This document shows positions 1 through 10,731 of a stretch of DNA of 64,000 bases, piece after piece. A program made the position numbers and the translations under genes. How positions within the stretch are numbered: position 1 is the first letter of the stretch; each line of letters begins with the position of its first letter. This DNA comes from Nanohaloarchaea archaeon B1-Br10_U2g1 (lineage in GTDB: Archaea; Nanohalarchaeota; Nanosalinia; Nanosalinales; Nanosalinaceae). The notes under the pieces are model-generated. The model was not told the DNA's origin, searched no databases, and worked only from the letters and a program-made list of their open reading frames with translations. The stretch covers positions 11,324 to 75,323 of the forward strand of contig LKMN01000002.1 of assembly GCA_001563875.1 (NCBI GenBank), given 5' to 3'.

Positions 1-9
1 GGTCCGGTA

Positions 10-846
10 TCACTCTTCCATATAGACAGTTCTGATAGGATAAGGAATGTCTATGCCTTCTCTATCAAACTTCTCTTTAACCAGCTGTGTTACCTCGGAA
101 GAGGCCTTTACAACGCTTGCCCTACCGGTATCGGTCCATCCTCTAAGCCTTAAGTCTACGGATGAACCTCCGAGTTCGTCTGTCAGTATCTGAGGCTCGG
201 GCTCGGACTCAACCGTTTCAGCATCATCAAGTGTCTCCCTTGCAAGATCTCTAGCTTTCTGTATATTGTCGTCGTAACTTATTCCTACCACCACATCAAA
301 TCTTCTTTTCTCGTAGCCTGTGTTGTTAACAACAGTTTCGTTGTACAGTTTGGAGTTAGGAACAATGACCTTTCTACCGTCAAAAGTCTTTATATCGGTA
401 GCTCTAACCCTTATATCCTCTACAGTACCTGCTTCATCTTCTGCGGCTATCTGATCTCCTATCTTGAAAGGACGGTTTATCATTATCATAAGTCCCGAGA
501 TAAAGTTAGCAATCATTTCTCTAAGCGCAAAAGATATACCTAAGCCTATAAGACCTACAGCTGTACCTAAGGCTGACGGAGGGACTCCGAAAACTCCTAA
601 AATCACTATGAAAGCTACTGAATATATTAAGTATGAAGTAAGTTTTTTAGCTGTCGCTGAAGCGTGCTTTGTCCCATTGCTATGCTCTATTGATCTTTCA
701 ACTATCTTGTTTGAAGCTCTATCCACTACCAGCGCAAGAGCTAAAACAACTGCAGCCCAAGCTACCGCTTGTAAAGTTATATCAGGCGGAAGAAGCTGTG
801 CTACATCCTCCGATACTAGCTCTCCTGTAGAAGCAATCGAATCCAT
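10..846 (-). CDS. mscS: Small-conductance mechanosensitive channel (MscS family)
   Basis: 3 TM helices, 'GLGISFALREMIANFISG', 'PFKIGDQI', 'IVPNSKL', C-terminal 'GIDIPYP'. Confidence 0.92.
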   Translation of the reverse strand: MDSIASTGELVSEDVAQLLPPDITLQAVAWAAVVLALALVVDRASNKIVERSIEHSNGTKHASATAKKLTSYLIYSVAFIVILGVFGVPPSALGTAVGLIGLGISFALREMIANFISGLMIMINRPFKIGDQIAAEDEAGTVEDIRVRATDIKTFDGRKVIVPNSKLYNETVVNNTGYEKRRFDVVVGISYDDNIQKARDLARETLDDAETVESEPEPQILTDELGGSSVDLRLRGWTDTGRASVVKASSEVTQLVKEKFDREGIDIPYPIRTVYMEE

Positions 847-909
847 AATCTAACATTAAATACAGGTTAAGGAATCTTAATAAAAATTCGGACACAGGAA
901 TGATTATCG

Positions 910-1845
910 ATGTACAGCCGTTTCACAGCCTTAACAGATTTTGAGGAGAAAGATCTCGAGAAGTTAAGAAACTGCAAAGTAGCTGTAGTAGGTTTAGGTG
1001 CCACAGGATCCGTTATAGCAGAGCATTTAGCCCGGCACGGCATCAATCTTCTGATCTTGGATAGAGACTACCTTGAGGAAAACGATGTGTACTCCTCCAA
1101 TATCTACACACCTGAAGACTGTCAAGATTCAATTCCAAAAGCTGTAGCAGCGGAAAAGTACCTAGAAAAATTCACAGGTATAGATTCAAGGGTTGCTAGT
1201 CTAAACCCTGAAAACGTCGATCTTCTTGACGGAACAGATTTAATAATTGACGGAACAGATAATCTGGAGACCCGTTTCCTAATAAACGAGTTCTCAAAGA
1301 AAGAGGAAATCCCTTGGATATACACCGCAGCAATTGGAGAGAAAGGATATTCAATGTTCTTCAAAGAAAAATGTTTCAACTGCGTGTTTGACGATATAAA
1401 TGCAGGATCCTTGGAGACATGTGAAGTAGCCGGAGTTTTAAGAGAGTCTTCTACTGCAGCAGCCTCTATAACCTCTACGAAAGCTGTAAAACACTTGACA
1501 GGACAGACTGTTGAAGAAACGCTTGACACTGTTGAAGGAGACAGCTTTCAGGTGGTTTCCTCGGGATGCGATGTGTGTAGAGATGGATCGTACAGCCGAC
1601 TTGGATCCTCCAGAAAAACTGTAGCGGTCTGCGGAGAAAACAAGTACCAGCTGGATACAGATATAGGAGCTGAAGGCAGAGAAAAAATTAGAGAACAAGG
1701 AAAAGTACTTTCCGATAACGAATATGTTCTGAGATCAAATATTAACGGTAAAGAGATATCAGTTTTCAGTTCAGGACGGATAATAGTTGAAGCAAATGAC
1801 AAAGGTCATGCTGAAAGCTTCGTTTCAGAGACGATAGGGGTTTAA
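910..1845 (+). CDS. ThiF/MoeB/HesA family E1-like adenylyltransferase
   Basis: GxGxxG (GLGATG), 'DRDYLE', 'DGTDNLETRFLINE', CxxC...C...CxxC zinc/active-site pattern, plus a C-terminal extension. Confidence 0.88.
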   Translation: MYSRFTALTDFEEKDLEKLRNCKVAVVGLGATGSVIAEHLARHGINLLILDRDYLEENDVYSSNIYTPEDCQDSIPKAVAAEKYLEKFTGIDSRVASLNPENVDLLDGTDLIIDGTDNLETRFLINEFSKKEEIPWIYTAAIGEKGYSMFFKEKCFNCVFDDINAGSLETCEVAGVLRESSTAAASITSTKAVKHLTGQTVEETLDTVEGDSFQVVSSGCDVCRDGSYSRLGSSRKTVAVCGENKYQLDTDIGAEGREKIREQGKVLSDNEYVLRSNINGKEISVFSSGRIIVEANDKGHAESFVSETIGV

Positions 1846-1876
1846 ATTTCTCTAGTTCTTATCTATCCCTAGAAAA

Positions 1877-2722
1877 ATGGATTTAGAAGAAGATTATGTA
1901 AAGTATGCAGGACAGTTCTCACTTACGCTCTTAGCTGTATCTGCCACTTACTTCTTTGATCCGGCCAATGCCTATAGCTACGGAACCTTTCTAGGTGTGA
2001 CTGTACTATTTGGTTATACAGCCTATATTTCACGTGAAGGCTTCCAGTCATCCGCCTTCCTAGCTTTTGCTGCATTGATATTTCTACCTTTAAACGCTCA
2101 GATGGCTGCTACATCCATAGTTGTAAGCTTTGGAAACGTTCTGATATCTTTCTTCTCTAAAGGATCAAGCTTTAGAAGTTATTACGGCACAGTATCTTTG
2201 CCTATGCTTTTTACCGGTGCAATACTAGGTATAGCTTTCTTCTACGGTGCTAGCCTGCAACCTGAGATAGCGGAAGATCTAGGAGAGCAGTTTTCAGGCG
2301 CTACTGCCGAAAAAACAGGTCTATTAGTTGAGCAAGCGGAGATAATAGAGGTTCAGCAGGACCAACAGACAGACATGATTGAGGACTCTGTAACCGGGAC
2401 AGTTATGCTAACAAGAGAATATGTCACGAGTGAGACCGAAGGAGAGCTTAGTGCCGAAGACCAACAGGTCATAATTGAAGCTTTTGAAGGAGCCGAGCAG
2501 AACATATCACAAGAGTTTAGGGAAGAGACAGACGACAGTATGGACGATATTGAGATGGCAGGGCAGGTAGAAAAAGTGGTTCAGAATCTGATTGAAGGTA
2601 ACGAAGTCTTATACCTAGCGCCTATACTAGCGGTGGGTTTATACGCCTTACATCCGTTTATAGGAATTCTAACCGCGATTTCTGCAGTCTCGTTTCAAAG
2701 GTTTGACAGAAAGTCAGAGTAA
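1877..2722 (+). CDS. Hypothetical multi-pass membrane protein with acidic helical loop
   Basis: Several hydrophobic segments at both ends and an acidic central region; fits operon spacing. Confidence 0.7.
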   Translation: MDLEEDYVKYAGQFSLTLLAVSATYFFDPANAYSYGTFLGVTVLFGYTAYISREGFQSSAFLAFAALIFLPLNAQMAATSIVVSFGNVLISFFSKGSSFRSYYGTVSLPMLFTGAILGIAFFYGASLQPEIAEDLGEQFSGATAEKTGLLVEQAEIIEVQQDQQTDMIEDSVTGTVMLTREYVTSETEGELSAEDQQVIIEAFEGAEQNISQEFREETDDSMDDIEMAGQVEKVVQNLIEGNEVLYLAPILAVGLYALHPFIGILTAISAVSFQRFDRKSE

Positions 2723-2761
2723 TCTTTCAGGCTATTAAAGTTTGTAATGAATAAGCTGTTT

Positions 2762-5458
2762 ATGACCGAGATAAAATTTGTAGACGATTCTGATGCTTCT
2801 CAGAAGCTTCCAAGAGACTTTGAACCATACGTTAAAGACTGGTTTAACTCAGAGTTTCCAGGGCTGAGCGAGCCCCAGAAATACTCTTTCGACCTGATAC
2901 ATAGAGAGGAGAACTCTCTTATCTCTGCACCTACAGGATCTGGTAAGACGTTGTCAGCCTTCATGTCAGCGTTGAACGAGGTTTTCAGGATGGGTAACGA
3001 GGACGAACTAGAAGATAAAGTCTACGTGCTGTACGTTTCTCCACTGAGAGCGCTCAGTAACGATATCAAAAGGAATCTTCAGGACCCTCTAGAAGGAATT
3101 AAGCAGAAGGCAGAGGAGAACGGCTACGAAGTTCCTGAGGTTCGTAGTGCGGTCAGAACAGGAGATACAACAGATTCAGAGAAGAGTAAGATGCGTGAAA
3201 AACCTCCTCATATAATGATAACCACACCTGAATCACTGGGTATCATACTTGACTCTCCAAAGTTTAGAGAAAAGTTCAGAGACATAAAGTACGTTATAGT
3301 TGATGAGATACATAGCCTGTCTGAAAACAAGAGAGGTGTACACCTATCGCTTTCTCTTGAAAGACTTGAAGAGATGGTAAACGGATCTCCTACACGGATA
3401 GGTCTATCAGCAACTCAGGCGCCTATAGATGAGATAGCAAAGTATCTGGTCGGATATGAGAACAGTAACGAAAGTTCAACCAAGATAACAGAAAGAGGCG
3501 ACGAGATAAAGACCGAGGAGTTAAGCTCCGAACAAGAATACCGTTCCAGAGGCTGTAATATCGTAGATGTTGCAGCATCGAAGGAGATTGATCTAGAAAC
3601 TATATCGCCGGTTAAGGATCTTATCTATACAGACCCTTCGAAAATCAATAACGAGATGTACGAGAGGATTCACAGCCTCATACAAGACCACGAGTCCACC
3701 ATAATTTTTACCAATACACGTAGCGCTACCGAAAGAGTCGTGAACAACCTTAAGGAACGGTTTCCTGAAAGTTACGATGATAACATAGGCGCACACCACT
3801 CCTCAATGTCACGAGAGGAAAGACTAAAGGTAGAGGAGAAACTGAAGAAAGGCGAGATGAAGGTCGGAGTAACCTCAACCTCTCTAGAGCTTGGGGTAGA
3901 TATCGGTACAGTAGATTTAGTGCTACAGCTGGGATCTCCTAAAGGCGTTGCAAGAGGTATACAGAGGATAGGAAGGTCCGGCCACCAGATAGGAGAAAAA
4001 GCTAAAGGAAAGATGATAGTCGTGGACAGAGATGATGCCAAAGAGTGTTCAGTACTTACCAAATGTGCTAAAGAAGACGAACTGGACAAGATACAGATAC
4101 CCAGAAACTGTTTAGATGTCTTAGCTCAGCATATAGTTGGTATGGCCTGCAACAGGAAATGGGATATTGATCAAGCCTTCAACATGATCAGGAAAAGTTA
4201 CTGTTACCAGGAGCTGGACCTAGGAGAGTACGAGGACGTATTGAAATATCTGGCCGGAGAGTACGAGCTAGAGGATCAGAACGTCTACAGAAAGATCTGG
4301 ATAGACCACGAGGAAGAAATATTCGGCAGAAGCGGTAAAATGACAAGAGTCATCTACATGACCAATATAGGGACCATACCAGACGAGTCGGGCTACGACG
4401 TCGTAACACGTGGCGATAAAAACTATGTAGGGACTCTGGACGAAGAGTTCTTAGACCGGCTTACGAAAGGAGATATATTCACCCTAGGAGGATCAACTTA
4501 CGAGTTCCGTTATGCTAGAGGCATGAAAGTCTATGTTGATCCTCGGCCTAAGAAACAGCCCACAGTACCTTCTTGGTACTCTGAAAGACTTCCTCTGAGC
4601 TACGATCTAGGCGTCAAGATCGGCGAGTTCCGGCAAAGCGTTGAAAAACAGATAGAGTTAGGTGCCGAAGACGAAGACATCGTAGAGTGGATTATGCAAA
4701 ACTACTATCTCGATAGGAATACTGCGGAAGCCATCTACCAGTACATAAATGAACAGAAAAGATTTCTTGGCAAGGTTTCAAACCACGAAAGCATCACTGT
4801 AGAGAGGTATATTGACGAGGAGAACCGTCAAAACTTCATATTCCACACAATCTATGGACGGAGAACTCACGATGCATTGGCCCGTATACTCTCCCACATA
4901 CTTCAGAAGCGAATCGGTTCGAACATAGGAATGATAATAGACGATAACGGTTTTGTTATAGTTACACCGAGAAGGCCTGTTGACATCGAAAGACTGTTAG
5001 ACCAGTTAAAAGACTGCAATCTTGAGGAAGAGCTACGTAACGCAATAAGTAAGACAGAGCTGATGAAGAGAAGATTTCGTCACGTCGCAGGGCGTTCTCT
5101 AATGATACTGAGGAACTATGGAGGGAATTCGAAGACTGTAGGCCAACAGCAGATGAAAGGCCACTTCTTACTCTCAACAATTAGAAACGAGCACAGTGAA
5201 GAATTCCCTATGATAAAAGAGACTTACAGAGAAATAATGGAGGACGCTATGGATATAAAACACACTAGAGAAGTTGTAAAAAACCTAGAAGGCGGCAAGA
5301 TAGATTTAGAGGTAATTGAATCTGATATACCCTCTCCTTTCAGTCACAACTTGATTCTACAGGAGAGTACTGACGTCATCCGTGTAGAAGATAAGAAAGA
5401 AAGACTTCAACAGCTTCATAAACAAGTGATGGAAAGAATAGAACAGAAAGAGAATTAG
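2762..5458 (+). CDS. lhr: ATP-dependent Lhr-family SF2 helicase
   Basis: APTGSGKT, SPLRAL, DEIH, SAT, HHSS, 'SLELGVDIG', QRIGRSGH, 'DVLAQH', 'GTIPD', 'PSPFSH'. ORF track starts at 2747; the second ATG (2762) is preferred. Confidence 0.93.
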   Translation: MTEIKFVDDSDASQKLPRDFEPYVKDWFNSEFPGLSEPQKYSFDLIHREENSLISAPTGSGKTLSAFMSALNEVFRMGNEDELEDKVYVLYVSPLRALSNDIKRNLQDPLEGIKQKAEENGYEVPEVRSAVRTGDTTDSEKSKMREKPPHIMITTPESLGIILDSPKFREKFRDIKYVIVDEIHSLSENKRGVHLSLSLERLEEMVNGSPTRIGLSATQAPIDEIAKYLVGYENSNESSTKITERGDEIKTEELSSEQEYRSRGCNIVDVAASKEIDLETISPVKDLIYTDPSKINNEMYERIHSLIQDHESTIIFTNTRSATERVVNNLKERFPESYDDNIGAHHSSMSREERLKVEEKLKKGEMKVGVTSTSLELGVDIGTVDLVLQLGSPKGVARGIQRIGRSGHQIGEKAKGKMIVVDRDDAKECSVLTKCAKEDELDKIQIPRNCLDVLAQHIVGMACNRKWDIDQAFNMIRKSYCYQELDLGEYEDVLKYLAGEYELEDQNVYRKIWIDHEEEIFGRSGKMTRVIYMTNIGTIPDESGYDVVTRGDKNYVGTLDEEFLDRLTKGDIFTLGGSTYEFRYARGMKVYVDPRPKKQPTVPSWYSERLPLSYDLGVKIGEFRQSVEKQIELGAEDEDIVEWIMQNYYLDRNTAEAIYQYINEQKRFLGKVSNHESITVERYIDEENRQNFIFHTIYGRRTHDALARILSHILQKRIGSNIGMIIDDNGFVIVTPRRPVDIERLLDQLKDCNLEEELRNAISKTELMKRRFRHVAGRSLMILRNYGGNSKTVGQQQMKGHFLLSTIRNEHSEEFPMIKETYREIMEDAMDIKHTREVVKNLEGGKIDLEVIESDIPSPFSHNLILQESTDVIRVEDKKERLQQLHKQVMERIEQKEN

Positions 5459-5499
5459 GAGAAAAACGTTAAACTCTCACATTCAAAACTATATGGTAG

Positions 5500-7218
5500 A
5501 TGGTTTCGATTAATCAGATCTTAAGTACACTTGGAAGCTATTTCTTAAGTCCAGTAGGGCTTTTAGCTCTTTTAGGAGTTATACCTCTAGTACTGTTCTA
5601 TTTGATTAAGCGAAAACCAGAAAAAGAGATAATGCCCTCCATGATGTTCTTTATGAAGGATAAAAGAGAGGGTAAAGCTAGCAAAGCCTTTAGAAAGCTA
5701 CAGAGAAACAATCTGCTTTTATTACACATTCTTATTATCTCTTTATTAGCTGTTGCAATGGCTCAACCATTTCTTGAGACAGAGGAATCTTCTGAAAACG
5801 CAGTTATTATTTTAGATAGATCAGCCAGCATGGCAAATCAGATGGATAATGCTAAAGATTTTATAGAGGAAAATAAAGGTTCTTCAAACACCCTGATATT
5901 GGCAGATAGTGGTACCGAAGTTTTAGCTGAAGATTCTTCGTCAACCCAGGTCAGCTCCCATATTAATGACGTAGAGCCAACTCATCTGCCCGGAGACCCT
6001 GCCAGGGCGTTGGAACTGGCCTCTATGTATGACGGAGATATGGTTGTAGCCAGCGATTTACAGCATTCACAGGATCAGAGACCTCCTGAGGAAGTTGTAG
6101 AAGACCTTAGAAACGACGGCAGAGACGTCCAAATCTTTGAACCAGAACCCGATAACTCTTGGGGTATAGTAGATGTTGATCCTGGTGAGGAAGAAAGCTC
6201 TCTAGACATAATGAACTTTGAGGATACTGAAAGAGAGATAACTATAGAGAAAGATGGGGAAGAAACCGTTCAGTCCGTCGAACCAAGAGCTGTTGAGACA
6301 GTAACCTTCTCAACCTCGCCCGGAGAAAATGTCTTATCACTTGACTCAGACGGATTCGCTCCGGATAATACCGCTTACATATCAGTACCGGAGAGGGAGG
6401 TATACGACGTACTTTTCATATCTGATGAAGAAAATCCTTATCTAGAGACTGCGTTTGATCTCATCGACTTTGTAGAGATGGAGACAGAGAGTCCTCCTCT
6501 AGACAATGATATGGACGCAGATATATACATGGTAGGAGAGACAGAGAATATCCTCTCAGAGACTGTCAACGAAATCGAGGAGCAGGTAGAGGAAGGCTCT
6601 TCACTAGTTGTCTTTGGCCATGAAACTGTATTCGACACCGGTTTCGATTCTTTACCGGTAGAGAGTTCCTATGACATAAAGGAAACACCGGTTGAGATCT
6701 ATGAACCTCATATAACAAGTTTAGAGACAACTATCCTAGACACAAATAAGACAGATGGCGAATCTTACGCCGAACCAGAGGAATCACTGGTTAAAGCTGG
6801 CTATGGCGACGGAGAAGTATTTTTCTACAACATTAACGATAAAGATTTCCGTAACAGACTCAACTACCCTCTCATGTGGCAGACCGTTCTGAGAGATCTT
6901 GTTGATCAGCCTTCTTTAGAGGAGCTGAACCTCCAGACAGGGGACGAGATAGACCACTCATCTATCGAGACTGCCTCAGGAGATGAGGAGGAAGGACTCA
7001 CCGAGTTAACAGAGACGGGATTCTATGAAGCAGATGACAGGGTTTATGCTGCGAATCTTGAGAGTATAGATGAGTCAGACTACCAGGAACCAAGTATTGA
7101 AGCCGAGACAGGAGATGAAGAGATGACCGAAGAAGAAGTTCAAAACCTTGTAATCCTACTTATAGGGCTTTTAATCTTGGGAGAAATAATCTACCTAAGA
7201 TATATAGGTGAGATATAG
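5500..7218 (+). CDS. BatA-domain / vWA membrane protein
   Basis: N-terminal BatA-like 'LLALLGVIPLVLFYLIKRKP...PSMMFF', 'LAVAMAQPF', MIDAS-like DRSASM, C-terminal TM. Confidence 0.85.
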   Translation: MVSINQILSTLGSYFLSPVGLLALLGVIPLVLFYLIKRKPEKEIMPSMMFFMKDKREGKASKAFRKLQRNNLLLLHILIISLLAVAMAQPFLETEESSENAVIILDRSASMANQMDNAKDFIEENKGSSNTLILADSGTEVLAEDSSSTQVSSHINDVEPTHLPGDPARALELASMYDGDMVVASDLQHSQDQRPPEEVVEDLRNDGRDVQIFEPEPDNSWGIVDVDPGEEESSLDIMNFEDTEREITIEKDGEETVQSVEPRAVETVTFSTSPGENVLSLDSDGFAPDNTAYISVPEREVYDVLFISDEENPYLETAFDLIDFVEMETESPPLDNDMDADIYMVGETENILSETVNEIEEQVEEGSSLVVFGHETVFDTGFDSLPVESSYDIKETPVEIYEPHITSLETTILDTNKTDGESYAEPEESLVKAGYGDGEVFFYNINDKDFRNRLNYPLMWQTVLRDLVDQPSLEELNLQTGDEIDHSSIETASGDEEEGLTELTETGFYEADDRVYAANLESIDESDYQEPSIEAETGDEEMTEEEVQNLVILLIGLLILGEIIYLRYIGEI

Positions 7219-7222
7219 GAAG

Positions 7223-9430
7223 ATGATAGGATTTGAGAGACCTGAAGTACTGATTCTGCTTTTAGGAGTGCTACCTATGCTCTATGCGGGCTTAAAGGCA
7301 GATAAAAGATTTAAAGAAGGTTTATGGGCTTCAAAGATACTTACGTTTAGCCTTATAGTTTTAGCTTTAACCTATCCTTTCATAGAAACCTCTTCTCAGC
7401 TGACAGAAGATCCCGAGCTCGAAGTTTTAGAGGACCGTTCAATGTCGACAGAAATCCTTGAAGATCCAGAACTAGAGTTTGAGGACGTCGAGAAAACCAG
7501 CCGTGTAATAGCTTCGGGAAACAGCTCTAACCTCAAGGACGGAATAGTCAGAAATATTGAGAGGAACGGGAACTACCTGCTTAAGACCGATCTACAGTCA
7601 GACCAAAGCCTAGAAGGTTTAGAAGACAAGATTAACGAAAGAAACGCAACCCTAAATCTGCTGAAGACTGATACCAAGGACGATATATCCGTCAGTATAA
7701 ACGGACCTGACTCAACAGTTCCAGGGGCCGACAACCGTTACAAGGTAGAGACATACTCTACGGTTGACTCGGAGCTTGAACCTTCAGTAAAAGTTAACGG
7801 AGAGCCTGTAGGCCTTGAAGACACAGATGAAGGAAGATGGTCTTTCGAGGAAAGCTTTGAAAACGAGGGCGTGCAGACGATAGAGGCTGAGATAGATTAT
7901 GATGGATACTTCAACAGCAACCAAAAATACTACAAAGCGGTAGATGTAAGAGAAAAACCTGAAACACTGATACTTGGAGAACGAGGCTCTTTAGGAGAAC
8001 AGCTCGAAACATTTTATAACGTCGAGCATACTTCGAGTCTGCCTGAAGACCTCTCGGACTACCACAGTGTTATTGCCAAACAGGATTTCGATGAGACAGA
8101 GCTAGTCGACTACGTTGCAGAAGGTAACGGACTTGTACATACCGGAGATCTCGAGGAAGATTACGACATCTTACCGGTATCCCCCACAGGAGAGGATCAG
8201 GATACTGACGGAGCACAGATAATGCTTGTAATTGATGCATCTCACACCACAGGTACAGAAGGTCCTACAGGAAACATCGAAGAGTCCATAGATATTGCGT
8301 ACGCCCTTGTAGATCAGCTTCCCGGAAATAATGAGGTAGGTGCTGTAGCATATCAACAAGAAGCTTACCTAATCAGTGAGCCTGAACCTCTTGTATACAA
8401 CCGCGAAAACTTGAAAGAAGATATAAGCAGGATAGAGACCGAAGGCAATACCTTCCACCATAAAGGTTTGAAAGGAGCTGAAGACGCCCTAGGCGACGAG
8501 GAAGGCAATATAATAATGATAAGTGACGGTATAATACATCCACTAGGAGAGGAAGAGAATACTTATGAAAAAGCCAGTGATATAGCTTCCCGACTCTCTC
8601 AGCAGTTGATAACTGTAGGAGTAGGGGAGGACACAAACGAAGAGTTCTTAAGAGAGCTTTCAAATCTTGGAGGCGGAACCTACATGGACGCAGAAGAGTC
8701 CTCACAACTTAATTTCATGTTTGATGCCGGAGGAGCTGAGACAGGAACCGGAGAGTTAGGAGTACTTGATTCAACACATTTCATAACCGAAAATCTTGAA
8801 GTCTCAGCGCAAGTACTAGGCTTTAATCCTGTAGAACCTAAGACCGGTTCAGATAGACTAGTTGCTTCTGCGGACGGAGAACCATTCCTCACTACCTGGA
8901 ACTATGGAGTTGGGAGAGTGGCCTCTTTCACCGGAGATGATCCAGACCTCAGCAATCTTATGTCACAGGAACCATCTCTAGTTACCAGAACTTTAAGCTG
9001 GACAGTTGGAGACCCTGAAAGAAATAGAGAGGAATGGCTCAACATAGAGTCAGCTCGGGAAGGAGAGACTGTAGATGTAAGGTCTTCTGAAAACTTTGAA
9101 AAACTAACAAGAGAAGGAGATAATCTCTATACAGGAGAAATTGAGCCCAAGAGCACAGGTTTCCATAATTTTGAAGGGAAGACATACTCTTACAATTACA
9201 ACAAGCAGATAGAGCGTATAGGCTACAACGAGGAAAATAAGGATATCATATCAAGGACCGGCGGACACATCTACGAGCCGGGTGACGAAGAGGATATAGT
9301 ATCAGACCTAGAGACTCACGCTGAAAGAGAAGTAACAACTGAAAAATCTTTAACCGGCTACCTGCTACTTCTGATACTGGTTATCTTTTTATCAGAGGTA
9401 GGATACAGAAAGTATAGAGGTAAGAAATAA
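7223..9430 (+). CDS. vWA domain-containing membrane protein with glutamine-amidotransferase-like segment
   Basis: 'DRSMST', 'VIDASHT', 'IIMISDG', 'VGVG', 'GGGTY', 'WNYGVGRVASF'; TM at both ends. ATG at 7223 follows GGTGA. Confidence 0.82.
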   Translation: MIGFERPEVLILLLGVLPMLYAGLKADKRFKEGLWASKILTFSLIVLALTYPFIETSSQLTEDPELEVLEDRSMSTEILEDPELEFEDVEKTSRVIASGNSSNLKDGIVRNIERNGNYLLKTDLQSDQSLEGLEDKINERNATLNLLKTDTKDDISVSINGPDSTVPGADNRYKVETYSTVDSELEPSVKVNGEPVGLEDTDEGRWSFEESFENEGVQTIEAEIDYDGYFNSNQKYYKAVDVREKPETLILGERGSLGEQLETFYNVEHTSSLPEDLSDYHSVIAKQDFDETELVDYVAEGNGLVHTGDLEEDYDILPVSPTGEDQDTDGAQIMLVIDASHTTGTEGPTGNIEESIDIAYALVDQLPGNNEVGAVAYQQEAYLISEPEPLVYNRENLKEDISRIETEGNTFHHKGLKGAEDALGDEEGNIIMISDGIIHPLGEEENTYEKASDIASRLSQQLITVGVGEDTNEEFLRELSNLGGGTYMDAEESSQLNFMFDAGGAETGTGELGVLDSTHFITENLEVSAQVLGFNPVEPKTGSDRLVASADGEPFLTTWNYGVGRVASFTGDDPDLSNLMSQEPSLVTRTLSWTVGDPERNREEWLNIESAREGETVDVRSSENFEKLTREGDNLYTGEIEPKSTGFHNFEGKTYSYNYNKQIERIGYNEENKDIISRTGGHIYEPGDEEDIVSDLETHAEREVTTEKSLTGYLLLLILVIFLSEVGYRKYRGKK

Positions 9431-9442
9431 GGTGAAAACCGT

Positions 9443-9934
9443 TTGAGAACTCCTATGCTTAAAAGACAACTTAATCCATTTTTGCTGGTTACTACCGTCC
9501 TAGTGCTTTCCCTGCTTGCTGGATTATCAGTCATATACCAAGACCAGCTTGATACTGTTCTTTCAGACAATCAGGAGCTGCATGATGAGATCGATGATAA
9601 ATCGGAGGAGATAAACAGTCTGGAGGAAGACCGTTCAAACCTAGAAGACGATCTCTCAGACACAGAGGACGATCTACAGAACTTTATTGACGAATCTGAA
9701 AGCCTGGAAAGCGAGGTAGATAGTCTTGAAATAGATATAGATGGTTTAGAGACAGATTTATCTGTTCTTGAGGAGGAGAAGGAGAATATTTCAGAGGAAA
9801 AAGAGGAGATTGAGATAGATCTTACCAGAGTGAACAGCACCTTGGGAGATATCTGTGAGAACAGCAACAACGAGATTGAGAACGGAAGCCAGGAATGTTC
9901 TGAATGGGGTCACACATACGAAGGTGAGAATTAA
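9443..9934 (+). CDS. Membrane-anchored acidic coiled-coil protein
   Basis: N-terminal TM, heptad repeats, GGTGA SD at 9431; TAATG overlap with the next gene. Confidence 0.75.
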   Translation: MRTPMLKRQLNPFLLVTTVLVLSLLAGLSVIYQDQLDTVLSDNQELHDEIDDKSEEINSLEEDRSNLEDDLSDTEDDLQNFIDESESLESEVDSLEIDIDGLETDLSVLEEEKENISEEKEEIEIDLTRVNSTLGDICENSNNEIENGSQECSEWGHTYEGEN

Positions 9935-10692
9935 TGCGTGTTGAAAAGCTTCTGAAAAGGCTTAAGAGAGAGTTTATAAAAGTAAATGTTTTACAGGCTA
10001 GTTTAGACTCAATAATATTCTTTTTAACGGTTAACTTAACTCTTTTCCTGTTTTCACTACAGCTTATTGAAGGCTTCTCAAATATAGAGGCTTTAGCAGC
10101 TCTGACACTGGTATTTTTCCTGATAGATCTGGCATACAGGACGAAAAATTACCGATTGGAGATTTACGAAGAGAAAAATCCGGAGCTACAAGAAGTGCTA
10201 AGAACTGCTAGAGACAACCTAGACTCGAACAACATAGTTTCCCAGGCTCTCTTTGATGACTTGCTTGAAAGATCACGATCAGTCACTTCTGAAAGCATTG
10301 TTCCTAGCAAAATAATAATACAAAAATCTATAGCAGTAGGTATACTAAGTTTTCTTACTGTTTTGTCCGGCGTAGCAGGTTTCCATGTACAGGCAAATGG
10401 AGGAGAAGTCTTGCCAGGTATGGAGTCAGTTCAAGAGTTTGTGGGAGACGAACCGGACGAAGAATTTGAGCTGCAGAACAGTACAGATATTTTTGGAGAT
10501 CCTGAGGACATAGGAGAACCTGGAAGCGTAGTAGACTTTGAGATAGAAGGAGAAGGAAATGCATCTGAATCAGAACCATCTTACCGCGAGCTTGACGAAG
10601 AAGATGTCTTCATGGAGGTATCGGGACCTGAGACAGACGAAGATATTGATCTAGCTAAGGAATATATGCTTGAGATTAGAGAGTTCCGCTGA
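9934..10692 (+). CDS. Hypothetical membrane protein of the MoxR/vWA cluster
   Basis: 2 TMs, 'IYEEKNPELQEVLRTARD', a third TM and an acidic tail; typical partner of archaeal MoxR clusters. Confidence 0.75.
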   Translation: MRVEKLLKRLKREFIKVNVLQASLDSIIFFLTVNLTLFLFSLQLIEGFSNIEALAALTLVFFLIDLAYRTKNYRLEIYEEKNPELQEVLRTARDNLDSNNIVSQALFDDLLERSRSVTSESIVPSKIIIQKSIAVGILSFLTVLSGVAGFHVQANGGEVLPGMESVQEFVGDEPDEEFELQNSTDIFGDPEDIGEPGSVVDFEIEGEGNASESEPSYRELDEEDVFMEVSGPETDEDIDLAKEYMLEIREFR

Positions 10693-10731
10693 GATTAAAC
10701 CGATTTAAATCTAGAAGTCACAGATTCCTGT

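Noticed and set aside
3458-3552. Polar insertion in Lhr between the RecA domains as a possible intein
   Set aside because: Only ~30 aa, with no intein N-terminal block or His-Asn/nucleophile end; looks like a flexible loop.
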